A DNA stretch of 64,000 nt, taken from positions 1-64,000 of the forward strand of contig JAAOMT010000522.1 in the NCBI GenBank assembly GCA_016748015.1. Direction: 5' to 3'. The notes under the pieces are model-generated. The model was not told where the DNA came from. It searched no databases and was given only the letters and a program-made list of their open reading frames with translations. Source of the stretch: Geosiphon pyriformis uo1. Lineage: Eukaryota > Fungi > Glomeromycota. Position numbers and translations under genes: made by a program. The number at the start of each line of letters is the position of its first letter. Within the stretch, counting starts at the first letter, position 1. This document shows positions 25,612 to 39,587 of the stretch, one piece after another.

Positions 25612-28600
25612 CTATGCAGCTATGTAAACTAAAACCGGATCATCTATACCTAAAAAAAACAAACAAAATTTGTGAAAGCCAAACTGAATACCAAAAGCAT
25701 CAGTAACACTAAGCAATTTGATCACTTCAGCAGAAAACCTTGAAGCCAAATCAGAAACCAAGATGCAAGCCAAACTATCAAGTGGAATTAACTTGTTTCT
25801 TTCTATATAAGCTCAATGTTTAGCATACACTAACCAAACATCTTCCTTAAAAGCTAGACTAAGAGAACACACAAACCTGACAATCTCCAAACCAGTGATC
25901 TTAGGATCACAGAAGACAAAAACAGTCTCATAAAACCAACCATTAAAAATGAAACTTTTACAAAGAGCCATGAACACAGGGATATCAAAAACACAGAATA
26001 ACAGCAGCTGCAAAACACCAGAAGAAGAATGAAAGAAACCGGAAACTCTCTTCCAGAAATCCACATGATAATTCAATATTTGACATCAAACAGATTCATC
26101 AATTTTACAAGAAAACACATGATCTGACACTTTAACATTACCACAATATAAGCACAGCACACTAGGATAAAATCTGTTATAAAGACACTTTTATATGGCA
26201 ACTGGCAGTTAATGGTATAAAGCTTTCATAAAATATATATTAGCTGAGAGTCTGCTGGTGAAACTGGTGGCTATGTGCAAGTCAGAATGCTACACCAAAG
26301 ACAAACAAAGCCAATCAATCTCAGAAATCAAACTGTTTATTAAAACCTTAAAACCAGACTCAACCTCCCAGTGTGCATGACAAACAAAACAATAGATATT
26401 GTGTACAAAATGTCTAGAATTGCTAGAAATAATACTGCCATTAGTCACTATAAAATGTTCATTCAAGCAAAGAGAAAGATGCCAACTAGAGAGAAAGACA
26501 GTATTGGCAACCACATCAATATGCTCATTCTCTGAAATACCAGAGTAACTTTTTACCTTGTGCCAACTAATTCTTAAATTCTTATTATGAATAATATTAA
26601 CAATATGTTGATGCTCAATTTAGCATCTATTGTAAAAGTCAGGACACACCAGACCCAATTCCAACTTACAAGCATCCAAAGCAGATTGACTATTCGAAAA
26701 TAAATAAACAAAGCTAAATATGGAAACACACTCCAGAGCCAATACAATAGTTTGTAATTCTGTCATGGTTGATGACAACAAACTTAATATACCAACACCC
26801 AAACCCAAATTAATGTTCTCAAAAAAAGCAGCAGTGCCAGCTTTATAGCCAATTGTGCCCAATTCCTTCAGAGACCCATTTATATATACAGATAAACTAC
26901 CAAAACAAACCCAAAAGAGATAGTTGCAAATAAATGCAAAATCACCAGAGTTAAGAATGCTCAAAGAATTAACTCTACTCGAAACCAAGAAATGAGCAGA
27001 AGAGAGAACTATATCATTGAGAAATGCCACAGAAATCTTGAACCACTTAGGAACAAGACCATAGAAGTCCAGTCTCTTCCACTGCCTAAAAATACACTAG
27101 TCAAAGACAGTACTATGACAATCCCAAAATTAATCCACAAAGACTATATCAAACTGACAGAAAGAGGAAAGAAACTTGAAAAATTTTGACTTATCTAGAA
27201 TAGTAAACATGGGAGTTCTATCACAAAACTGAAAGAAATTGGCCAAAAAGTCATTCAAGGACAAATTGCAATCAAGAAGAATACAAACTATGCTTGCCAG
27301 AAAGTTATTTGAAGCACTGACATGTACACATACAAAAAAACTTAATGGATGAACAGAACACCAACACCAAACCTATAAGTTATGTAACCTGTAAGAAAAC
27401 AAGTGACCCAAGACTCCATCAAAGTTCACAAATTTAATTAGGGAAGCAACTTTACTCTCAGACTGAACTTGTAAGAAAGATTTCAAACCATAAAAAGAAG
27501 GATGATGAATTGTGTTACTAGGAAAGTCGAGTGGCAGACCAGATTTAAGTTTTAAGTTTTTATGAATTAGAGCATTCCACTTGTTGTACACACCAACAGA
27601 AATAAAGCTGACTATAGGATGGAGAATTGCTGATACCAAATACAAAAGCTGCTTATTTGAGATAGCTTTTCTCAAAACCAGATTGATGAAAAAACAAATG
27701 TTTAAATTTGTCTTAGCCAAACTAGGCTTTGAAAAACCCTCAGTTGAAAAAAAAATACCCAAATACTAATGAGATTCACTCTTTTTGGCAATAGAAATTG
27801 GTAATCCACTAATAGAAAGAGAAGAGTTATCAGCTCTGCTATTAATAGAAATAGTCACCATTTTGTTATTATTAATTAAAATATTATTGATCCAAAAGAA
27901 TTTACCAGCAATATTAAGAATATGTTAAGTAGCTTTTTGACTGCTACTAACTCAAATTGTATTATTGACAAAAGTGCCAGCAGCAAAAAAAGAAGAAAGT
28001 CTAGCCTAAGACTTAGCACAACCACTTTTGGAAATAAAATGAAAATTCAACCTATACCTATACACACTCTTCTGATACTTGACTTTACACAATAAAGAAT
28101 CATAAAATATGCACCACAGAAGAGAAGAAAACACTTCTTCTTGGTCCAGACCATTTTGCACATAATAACTATCTGTCAAACCAAAATCTGTTATAACTCT
28201 GTTGGTGCAATTTCTATGAATACTACCAAAAAATTGAATGAACTTGCTACACATTTTGATTCTGACTAAACTCTTCTTAAGATGCTCTCAGCCAACCGAA
28301 TCATATGCTTTCTATATGTTTTGCAATACCAGCCAAAGCTTCTGGTTTTTTTCCAAAGCATTTTCAATAACTGAACCAATAGCAAAAATAGGAGACTGAG
28401 TCAACATACCCTTCAAAACTGAAAAATTGTCCTTATAAAGAACATCAAAAGTGCTGCATGCCAAAAAAATCCTGTCAGAAAAAATTTTAGAAAGAATTTT
28501 ATGAGCTGTCTCAATTAAAACAATAGAATAAGTATTCATTAAAACACTATCTCATTCATATAGTTTGAGAATTATTAAGATCCAAGCTTCTTTTTAAGAG

Positions 28601-30262
28601 CTGAGCACTAATTCACTAGACAAACAGAAATTCAAAAGCACCAAAAGCATATTCAAAACAGTTTTATTACAATGCTTCCAAAGCTCATTTGACACACTTA
28701 AGAGACCAGCAGCTTTGCCATCAAGCAGATCAGAAACCACTTCAACTAACTCATCAAATTCAATTGAACTCATAATATCAGAAAAAATCTCATTGAAAAC
28801 ATACTCCAATAGTTGATATTGACAGTGCCAGTTATTAGAGATATTAATCACTACTTCGCACTTCCTAGTCCAACCCTCCATAATTATATCCACCTTAAAC
28901 TTAACCAAATCAGTTTATTATTAATTATCAAATAATCGAGTGCCACTTTGTGAAAGGGATGTTTCAGCACATTCCTGATCATATGACCCTTATTAACCTC
29001 AAAGCTTTCCATTCTTCTATCAATAGCCAATCTGATGTTTGTCTTCTTAGCTCTTAGAGATTCAGCAAGCTTAGCAGCATGATAAAACTTTCTAGCACCA
29101 AAAAGAGCAGAATAGATATGATCAGAGCCAGCACCCAAATCCACAACATCCTGAACAACTGAAGCTTTGACATTGTCCAAAGAAATTTAACATCTCATAA
29201 GAGAATCAAAATTCACAAAACTTTTTTCATGTAATGCCTTGATGATTCTAGAAATGAAGAGCTCCAACTTGTGAAATTTTGAAGATTTCTTGGTGAAAAC
29301 ATCATCAAAGTCTTTGAATCATCTTTTCTTAAACATCTCATTAACTGAAAGAACCATTACTTTGCAAACAGTATCTCACATCACATCCAAATCTGAGAAT
29401 TTTGTGGAGGTGACAAACTTATTTGAGAACATCACAGCATTGGCTGACATGCCATCCTTAAAATTGTTTTATTTAATCTTATTAGCACCCTTAAACTCGA
29501 ACTTCTATTGATCTTTATTTGCTTGCTTGCAAAGAAAGTTTAACTGTTTATCCAAAAGTCCACTCAAACCCACAGACACAAAAACAGTCTGATGATTAGT
29601 ATCAAAAAATTCTCCAACATTAGACACCTTGTAATCTACTACAGCATTGACCAAGTTTGAAGAAATAAACAAGAAATCAATAGTTTTAGCCATGTTCTGA
29701 GAGTTAGCCCATGTGAGCATTTTGACATTATACCATCCACTCAAAGAATTGCCCAAACCAAGATCCAAACATTTTTTGAAACTAGCACACTTTTGAGAGC
29801 CATCTTTATTGAAGTTGCCACCCAAAACAACAAACAAAAATTTATTGACTGCCTTTGCAATCACAAAATTGATATCATTAGTTTGAGTAAATCAAACAGC
29901 CATAGATGTCCTAACATAAAGCTCCAAAATCGACACAGAAAGCTTATTTTTGAATAGCAACTTGATTGAAAGGAGCCAACCAGGCACTTCAGAAACTTTA
30001 CAAACATAACAAGCTAGAAAAGTGTTTATAATGATTGTAACTTCAGCACCAAAAAACCTCTTGTTCAACCCAGATAAAAAAACCCTAATTCCATTGAACT
30101 TATCCCTAATCCAAAGTCTATTACTAGACCTCAGCTTTGTCTCTGTAATTATCAAAACCAAATTTCCAGAATTTTTATGCCAATGGATAATATCCTCCTG
30201 TTTAGTAGGAACATTAATATCCAAACATTACACGTTGCAAATTTCTACACAAAGTCACTCAT
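25612..30262 (-). pseudogene. LINE ORF2 remnant (APE-RT-RNase H-zf), copy 2
   Basis: ITETKL, LGGNFN, TIDFLF, GLDQEEVFS, YINGS..TELQTI..SNSQSA. Confidence 0.92.
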
Positions 30263-32193
30263 TGAGGAATAAGAAAAGTTGATGAACCCAAGCCAGAACA
30301 CAAACAATCTAATCTTTCCAAAACAAATTCAACCAACATCTCTAAAACCACTATTTTAGATTTCAATTCCCCCATCTTAGTGGTCAAAATTTTAAAACTA
30401 CTTAAACTAAAGTCAGCAACTGGGTCTGCAACAACTAAAAAAAGGAGAGAAGGAGATGTCATTGTATCATTTAAAGCCATATCTGAGTCCAAATTGGAAG
30501 TAACAAATGTAAGAATAACCAAAGAGGAGATATGTAATTTAAATGCCAGAGGCACCAATTTCACAAAACTCAATTTTTTCATGATAACCAAAACCTGATC
30601 TATCAAAAACTCCAAAGAGCATTTTAGAGAAGCCAAACAATCAACCAAACAGAAATTACCAAAGGAATTAGAAACCATCAATACAGGTTTTGTATCTGAA
30701 GATGAATCAATACCAAAAAAACCCAACAAAACCACATGAAAAGAGGAACTACCAGCCACCTGGGCCCAAGTTTTCCCACCAAAAAAAACTGGGCAAATGA
30801 TTGGTGCCTGTTTCTTCTTATATATATTGGCCAAATGAACACAATCCTGAGAAGTTACCACCCACTTATCACGAACACCAGAATTCTTACCCAATAAACA
30901 CCCTGCAAAGATATGACCAAACTGTTTGCATTGAGCACAATAGACCAAAAAAAGACCAGCCCAGCACAAATTCACACCCTTAAACACCAGAGTCAAATCA
31001 ATAGTGGCCAATTTAAATGTCTTATCAACAAAACACACAATTAAATATCTATCACACACATAAAAGCTGAGATTACAGTCAATGAAACAAGTCTTCCTAC
31101 CATATGATTCCAACAAATTTGAAAGATCATGAGCTATAGTACCAACCTAAAGAGTATAAAGTAATGTATAATGTAGATCTCTAAAAACCCATGATTGTTT
31201 ATCATTAATAACTTTTACCACATGAATAGAATCCTTTCTCATAAAGACAGACCATTTAACTGCGACCAAATTAGCTATTTCAAATGACTCAAACTCTACC
31301 AAAGCTTTTTGTCACAGACCAATCAGTTGTATCTTGATTGATACAATCTTTCCAAATTTAGAAAAAACAGATTCTACAGCTGATTTAGAAAAATCAACTG
31401 GAATTTCCTTGACAACAATTTTCCTATTTGAATGACTGCTAACCTTTTTAAGATTATCATTTACCACAATTTTTTCATGGATTGCCAATTTTTTCACTTT
31501 ATTTATGTTAGATTCAGAAGTAAATGAAGATCTGATAATCCCTGAAAATTTTGAGAAAGTAGAAGCTTCCCCAAAGCCATCCACTCAATAAAATTTTTTT
31601 TTTACACAAATCAACTTATTACCAACAGTTTTACTAGGCACAGCTGAAAGTTCAATATCAAGCATAAAAAACTTTGATGAATTAAAGTTCCGTTTTTTTG
31701 TGGCACATAATTTAATCAGTGACAGCTTATTGAATCCCAAAATCACATGAAAAGGAAGTACTAGCTTATTATCATTGTTATTTATACAGTTAAAAGAAAA
31801 TTGCTTTGGTGGGTTTCCTAGTACATATGTTCTAGTGCAGGTTTTTTTTGATATAACTTCATCCATACTATTGTCTTTACCTGATTCTACATAGCTGGTC
31901 TCTTTGGCCATTATGTTCACCATATTTTTAACATCCAATAGATTGTTTACACTGCCAATTTCACTGCCTCAGAACACCACAGGCTTAATACCAGCACCAC
32001 TAATATCTTCTAAGCTCAGAAGGTCTGCAGACAAATCAACCATAATGCTGGCTACATGCTTTTTTGTTTTCTTGCAGGACACACTATAGAAATAAATGAT
32101 ATCTAAGTGATTCTTTTTAGCATTCAAGTGGGTTCCCAAACTGGCTGAAACTAAGCCAAAACCTCTAGCAGACAAGTCTACTAGTTTCATCAT
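30259..32193 (-). pseudogene. LINE ORF1 remnant, copy 2
   Basis: RRM-like IVVKEIP..FSKFGKIVSIK and knuckle CAQCKQFGHIFAGC. Confidence 0.9.
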
Positions 32194-32920
32194 GACAAAA
32201 GGGAGTATATTAGAAGAAATAACTTAAACAAACAAAGAAAAAAAAAATAAAGTAAAGTAATTTCTTCCAAAAAATCTTTTGCCTTATAGTGGTCAGGAGA
32301 TTAATGAAAGAAAAAAAAAATTTTAATTCTTTTTTTTTGTTATTTATTTATTTAAATTTATAATACAATTAAAAAAATAGCTGTTTTTAATAATTTTTTG
32401 AATTAAATCTGATTTTTTTTGATTTAGTATCTTAATTTTTACATGACTACTAAATATATAAATGATAAAACTATGAGTTTATATATATATTTTATAAAAG
32501 TATTATATTATTATTTACTTGTAACTATTTGTAAATATCTATTTAACTAGAATTATTAAAGTATATTTATATTATAATAAAATTCAATTTTTAAATTATA
32601 TTTTTATCTTTATAATAAACTTTGCTAATTGTAAATATATATATTTGATTTTTATCAGTTTGTATTTTGTATTTTTTAGTTGTTTTTAATATATAATTTA
32701 AGTATTATATTATATATTATTTTAAATAAAAGTTTTATGTTTAAAAATTGGTATTTAAAAATTGTTGTTTTATTCAAAAATACTAAAGTTGTTAGTAAAA
32801 TTGTGAATTTTATATATAGTTTTAGTATAATTTACTGTAATAAAATTTAATTAATATATATCAAGTATAAAATTTTATTAAAAAAAAATTTAATTTAGTA
32901 TAATAATTTTTTAATTTCTA

Positions 32921-33081
32921 ATATTATTAATTTGCTAATTTTGTTTTTTTGTAGTATTATTAGACTGTTGAATTTAAATAAAAGTTTTAATGTTAATTTT
33001 TTATATTATTAATTTGCTAATTTTGTTTTTTGTAGTATTATTAGACTGTTGAATTTAAATGAAAGTTTTAGTGTTAATTTT
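32921..33081. repeat. ~82 bp tandem duplication
   Basis: atattattaatttgctaattttg...tagactgttgaatttaaat..tgttaatttt occurs at 32921 and 33003, nearly identical. Confidence 0.85.
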
Positions 33082-34469
33082 AATATGTATAAATTATATT
33101 TATTTTTTTAAATATTGATAATAATATTAATATTAATATAAAACTGTAATATTGTTTTAACTGGTCAAATAGCTAATTACATATAAACAATACATGATTT
33201 ATACTTAGTTTATATCAAATTATTTAATGTATTATACTAAATTATATTTAGACTTTATTTATCAAAAAATAAAAATAAAAATTTATAATATAAAAATAGT
33301 TTTTTTTATAAAGTTGTCAAAATTTATTTTAATTTTTATTGTATAAATAATTATTTATATTTACTATAATAATCAAAAAAATATTGGTTAAAATACAACA
33401 AAAATAATTTAAATTTTATTAAACTTAATTTTTTGTTTTTCTGTTTAATTTGTTTTTAATAAATAAGATCTAATTACAATTTAATATACTATATTAAACT
33501 AAATAATTTAAATTAGACATAAATTATGTTCTTTTTATATAAAATTAATTATTTGAATCAGTTAAAATAACACTATATTAAAACAATAAAAAAAAATTAT
33601 CTTAAAAAAATATTTTATGTATAATAGTAATCAATATACTATTATTTTTAACAAAACTACTTAACTATACAACAGTTGTATTTACTTTAAATTTAATAAA
33701 ATTAAGTTAATATTCTTAAAGAGTAATTAACTTAATTTAAAATTTATTATTAAATAAATCAATATTTTATTTTTTATAAGATTGGTTTCAAAATTATATT
33801 TAAACTTAACTATACTATATTTATAAAAAGCAAATTTATAGTTTTATTAAAAATAAATATTTTATCTTAAATAATATAAATTAAATTTTTAAGTTTTATA
33901 TATAAAACAAAAAAAAAGTTAAAAAAATAGTAACTTAAGTAACCAAAAAATTAATAAACTTTATAATAAATTTAACCAAAATGACTAAACTTAAAATATA
34001 AAATTCTAAAAAATTCAGTTTAGAATTAAAAACAGAATTAACAGCAGATACAACTAAAAAAACAACAAAAAAAAAGCCAAAAAAATAAAAGCTTCAATAT
34101 AAAATTTTTATTTACCAAAATTAAAACAAAAAACTTAAAGTTAAAAAAAACATAATAAATAATCTGAAAAAAAACATTAATATTTATAATCAATAAACAA
34201 ATAATTTTAACTTTAATAGTAGAATTCTGATGTTCAGTCTATTTTGATTCAAGTTTAATTAAACTATCAAACCAAATTGAACTTAAACAGAAAATTTGGC
34301 AAAATTTTGAACTCAAACTTAAACCAGACTTAAAATTATTTAACTTAAATCAAACTCGAATATATACAATAAGTCTGGTTTAAATTCGGTTCAAAATTCA
34401 TAAAAATATTTAGGTTTGACTATTAAAAATATTATATTATATTATATTATTATTTAATTTTTTTTTTAA

Positions 34470-37362
34470 TAATTTCTGTATCCATGATTAAAAATACTAT
34501 GCTGCTCTTATAGTTTTAGATACTAAGTAAAATCTTATCTCTGTAATCATATTCTTACTTACAGAAAAGATATATTTAAAAGCAATAAATAATTTTTAGA
34601 TTGCCAAATAATTATAAGTCATACAAACAAAATAAAAAAATTGTGTTTGATATGTTTAAATATTAGATTATTAATAAATGTTAATTTAAATAAATATTTT
34701 TTGTAATATACTTTCTACCATGCTATTACATTTATTTTTTATTGGCCATCTTTTCAAAAATATAATAATCAATTTTGTCAAGTTTTTTTTTTTATTATTG
34801 TCAAAGTCTGTCTTTAATATAGATTGTATGACTAATATTATAATATTATTAAAATTATTATTTAACAAAAAACTATCATTTAATATTAGTATAATGTCTA
34901 GTATGTACTTTGTTTCAAAAAAAATACACATTTTAAAGATTTATTTATCATGTAATAGTTGAAAAATAAAACTATTTAAATAAATTAATAATTTGTAATT
35001 CTTTCATTTTATTAATATTGTTATCCAAAAATTTGCTTTTGGTAAAATAATGAAATTTTTTCTTTGGATCTAATACACTATAGAGCATTAGAGTTGTATT
35101 TGTTTTAAAGTAATATTTAATTAATTTTTTTCTTATTGTTTTAATTACTGTAATAAATAATAGATCTAATATTAAATATGTTAAATAAATACAATTGAGA
35201 TTATAATATTTTACCAAATTTATTATTATTAATCATGTCTTTAATGTAATTAAAAATAATATTAAAAAAAAAACAATCAAAAAAACAGTATTATTTAAAT
35301 TGGCTAATATTTTGACTGTAATATTTTTAAATGATTCAAAAAATTTAGCAATTTTATCAAAAACAGTTTACTAATTATGTGAAATAACATATTAATAAAG
35401 ATCAATATAAGTCTAGTAAGAGTGTTTAATGCTTATAAATTTACAGTTAAAATTTTTGTATTCAAAATATATAAAATCAAAAATAAACAATTTGTTAATT
35501 TAAAAAATAACTTATTTTTAACTAAATCATAAGTAAAATTCTATCAGATAAAACAATCCAGAATAAATTTATGGTATTTAATTTGAAATATATTATAGAC
35601 ATATTTAAAAAGCTTAAAATAATGGAACAAGATACAAATTACAGAGTTAAATTCTCTAATTTTTAATTTATATAAAGTTTATATTAAAAAAATTTCAGAT
35701 AATTATATTTGGTTTGGGTTTTTAACAAATATCTTAGAAATTTTATTTTTTATTTTATTTAGAACTGCTTGTACTGCCAAGTTTAAAATATGATTAAAGC
35801 ATTGAAATTGAAAGTTTTTTGAATTCTATTAAATGTTTTTTCTTTTAATTTTTTTACTAACTCTTTTATAAAAGTATTATTATTTGTGGTATTATTGAAG
35901 ATAATAAGAAGAAGTTATTAAAAAAAAATTAAGTTATAATTAATAAAATTAATTGTAAACTTATATAAAAAAAGGATGAATATAATTCTTTTTTAAACTT
36001 TTTTCTTAATCTTTTTGGCTGAAAATTTGGCTAAAAACAATGATAAAAACTATTTAAGCTAATATTAAAAAACATGGTTTTTAATAATATGAATACTGTA
36101 GTAACTCTGAGCTTCAGATAATGTTAATGCTGAAAATTTAGCTTTAAGATAATAATAAAGCCCAACTTAAGTCAATATTGAGAAAATATAATTTTTAATA
36201 ATATAAACACTATAATAATTTTGAGCTTCAAATAATGTTAATACCAAAAATTCAGCTTTGGGACAATAATAAAAACCAATTTAAATCAATATTAAAAAAA
36301 TACGATTTTCAATAATCTGAGCACTATAATAATTTTAGGTCTCAAATAATACTTATATGTTATATAATATGCCAATCATATTATTGGCTATTAATTAACT
36401 CAAATTCATATAAGAATATACATACATCTTTTTGATATAATTTTATAATTTTTAATATTTTAAAAAATCTGTTTCCAATATTTATTTTATCATTTTGTTT
36501 ATTTATTAATCCAAAATAATTTATTGTTTATTAAAAATTTTAATTGTCATTAATATATTAATAGTAATAAAAACAAAGACTTTATTATTAAAAAATATTC
36601 AGAAATTTGATATAAAAAAAATTGAATTTAATAGTACTTAATTATATCTATTATATTATAAATATAATGAAAAAAAATATTTCATAATAAAAGTAGTACT
36701 TACTTTTAATTTTTGTCTATCCAAAATATAGAGTTTTATAATTTTATTTTTAATTGTATCAGCACAAACAATTTGAGAAGTAAGATTCAAATATTAAAAT
36801 ATTTCGATTAATTAAAGATTTTTTATTGTAAAAAGTGATTACTGGTAGTTGATAAACCAAATAGTAATTATGTCATAAAGTTTTTTTATTATTAACATCA
36901 ATAGTAATTATTACAAAAGACTAAAGCAGTTTTCTAGTTAGATTGACTAAAAATCATAAAAAAAATAACAATCTCATTCATTAAAACATTTTTTTAATTG
37001 ATTTGTAATCTTTTTAAATAATTTGCTTTTTTTTATGATATTTTTCTATTGTAATATATACTGTTTAGTAAAAAGTTTTTAAATAGCACTATAAGAGTTT
37101 GGTAGTATTTATAGTTCTATAAAAAAATGATTTATACACATATTTTAAGACAATATATTTAGTTGTTTTTTTTCTTTTGTTTACTCAAACTTATCAAAAT
37201 AGTTATATACTTTATTCTAAAAACTATATTTATAAAATATATTAAAATTTGGATTATTTATATTAACAAATTCATTATTTTGAATTTTGAATCTTTAATA
37301 ATATTGAATAATACCAACAATAAATTTATTTTGGTAAGTTGAAAAGTAGAATTGTTATACAT
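34470..37362 (-). pseudogene. hAT transposase remnant (BED finger, DDE core, dimerization domain), with introns
   Basis: IIFNNTTN (=TDNASN, ~35900), QCFNHILNLAVQ (~35770-35805), LDCFI**NFTYD (=TRWNSTYD, ~35530-35562), VLDPKKK (~35070), MTYNYLAI*...YIFS...SKTIRAA...SW (34480-34622). Confidence 0.85.
36018..36350. repeat. 114 bp tandem repeat, ~3 units, inside the hAT element
   Basis: gagcttca at 36109 and 36223; aatatt.a.aaa.a at ~36061, ~36175 and ~36289. Confidence 0.8.
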
Positions 37363-39587
37363 GTATAGTTTTATATATTTTTTAACTAATTATAATAATT
37401 AAATAAAATAATAATTAATGAACAAATAGTACAAATTATATATATTTTTAATTCTATTAAACTTAAACAAATTTGTGAATTTTGAACCAGACTTGAATTG
37501 AATTTAGACTTGTTAAAAAAGTTTAATACCAAACTTAAATTAAATCTACTTTGAAAAATTGGTTCAGTTTAAATTCAGTTTATAATTCAAACCAAACTTG
37601 AACAACTTTAAAGTTTAATTCAATTTAGTTTAATCAGAATCTTATTTTAACATTTGTAATTCAAAATTTTTTTACCAAATATAATATTTATATAAAATAC
37701 TAATTTTTATAATAATAAAATTCAAAAACTTACAAAAATTAAATATTATAACAATAAAGTATTAATAATAATAATATATAATAATATAAAATAATTTAAA
37801 ATAATACAAAAAAATATAAATTAATATGAAATAACAAATAATAATATAAAAAAACACAAAATAATTAATAAATAGTATAAAAATAACTAATTATAATATA
37901 AAAAAAGCAATAACTAAAATAGTAAATAATAATTAATAAAAACAAACAATTAAAAAAATTTTATAGAACTAAAAAATAAGTATAAAAATAAATAATTTTA
38001 GCAAAAAAAAAGACAAACAAGAATTTAATTTATTTTAATATTTTATTTTTATTCTAAAAATTTTTTTATATTATTTTTTTCTATATTTTTACTCAATTAA
38101 ATAAAATATTATTATTTAATTTACAATTATATAATTTTAATAATTTGATTATAAAAATTTAATTAATTTTTTTTTTATTTCTATTATAGACCAAATATAA
38201 TTAATATAAATACTTTTAAAACTTTAATAACTTAAACTAATTACTTTTAATTATAATAATTAATAGAATACTAATTTTTATTATTTTTTTTTATTATTTT
38301 TTTTTCTCTTAAAAAATAACAATATTGAAAATTGACTGTTTTAAAATTAAACTTTATAATAGTTTGATAAAAAAAAGCTTCCTCTAAAATTAGATATTAA
38401 CTTTATATTATTGGCTTATCAAAAAAATAAAAAAACAATACTAAAACCTTATAATTATAAAAAAAACACAACTATAATAATATAATTACAAAAACAATGT
38501 TTCTGTATCTTATAACCAAAAAACTTAATAAATAAAACTTTCAACAAAAAAATTTTCAAAGATTAATAAACAAATTTATAGCAAAATTCAATTTATTTAA
38601 AAACTATCTTGTTTTTATTACCAAATTATAAGCACTAAAATATTATAATATTATTCTACTAAGTTTATTTATAACATTTGATGCTCTTTGTAAAGTTATA
38701 AAATTTACAAAAACAGAATATTTTAAAAAATTCACAAAGTAGTAACTATTAAAACTATTAAAAAAATTTTATATCAATACTTTTAAGAAAATTTAGGAAT
38801 ATTAAAAAAAATATTTGTTGTTAAAATTTTTTTTTCTATTATATATATATTAAAATTAATTATTATTTAATTCAAACTGAAATACTGGAAAATTTGGAGA
38901 ATAATCTACCAAAATTTACTATTTTATTCAATTTTTATTACCAAAAAATTATAACAAAAATTGAAGTATATACTTAAAACTAATATTTACAATTATAAAA
39001 AAACCACAACATAAAATCCAAAAATTCAAAATCTAATACAAAAAACAATATTTAATAACAGTTTATACAGAAAAAATTTAAATCTACTATTACAAAAAGT
39101 TAAAGTTTTTTTTATTAACAATACTTTTATATTATTAAACTTTAAAAAATAGAATTCTATCAAATCAACTTACTAATTTACAGTCAAAAACTCCAAAAAC
39201 TGTTGAAATTTTTTATTTTTAGAACTTTAACAAAAATTTCTGGACTAAATTATTAAAAAAATATAAAATATTATTCAAAAATTTTATTTTTATAACCAAT
39301 ATTGTTTTTGAAAATATTACTTTTTAAAAACAATAATCATTACAACAACTAATAAAGTTAACAATTATTTTTTTTAAAAAAACATTATTATTTCAACTTA
39401 TTTTAACAACAAATAAAAAAAAACAATTTATATTAAGTTTAAATAAAAGACTTTTTTTATTATTATTATTATTTAACGAGTGAGGTCTACACACAACCTA
39501 GCACTATATATCAAAGAAATAATCTAAACTAGACATGAATCATGCACTTTCTATACGTAACCAGCCACTCGGGCCAGTCAGACAACA

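Larger units (their letters stand above)
25482..32321 (-). mobile_element. LINE copy 2, full-length, decayed
   Basis: ORF1 and ORF2 fragments are colinear with copy 3. Conserved 3' UTR. Flanked by a ~31 bp direct repeat (25451-25481, 32324-32354). Confidence 0.93.
34220..37644 (-). mobile_element. hAT DNA transposon, decayed
   Basis: Imperfect terminal inverted repeats tagaattctga / tcagaatctta, short subterminal aac-rich repeats at both ends, and an internal transposase remnant. Confidence 0.82.

Noticed and set aside
36018-36350. CRISPR-like array
   Set aside because: Whole 114-bp units repeat with no unique spacers, there are no cas genes, and the context is eukaryotic.
37650-39450. Possible eroded Gypsy gag fragment
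   Set aside because: Composition is suggestive but no diagnostic motif could be read.
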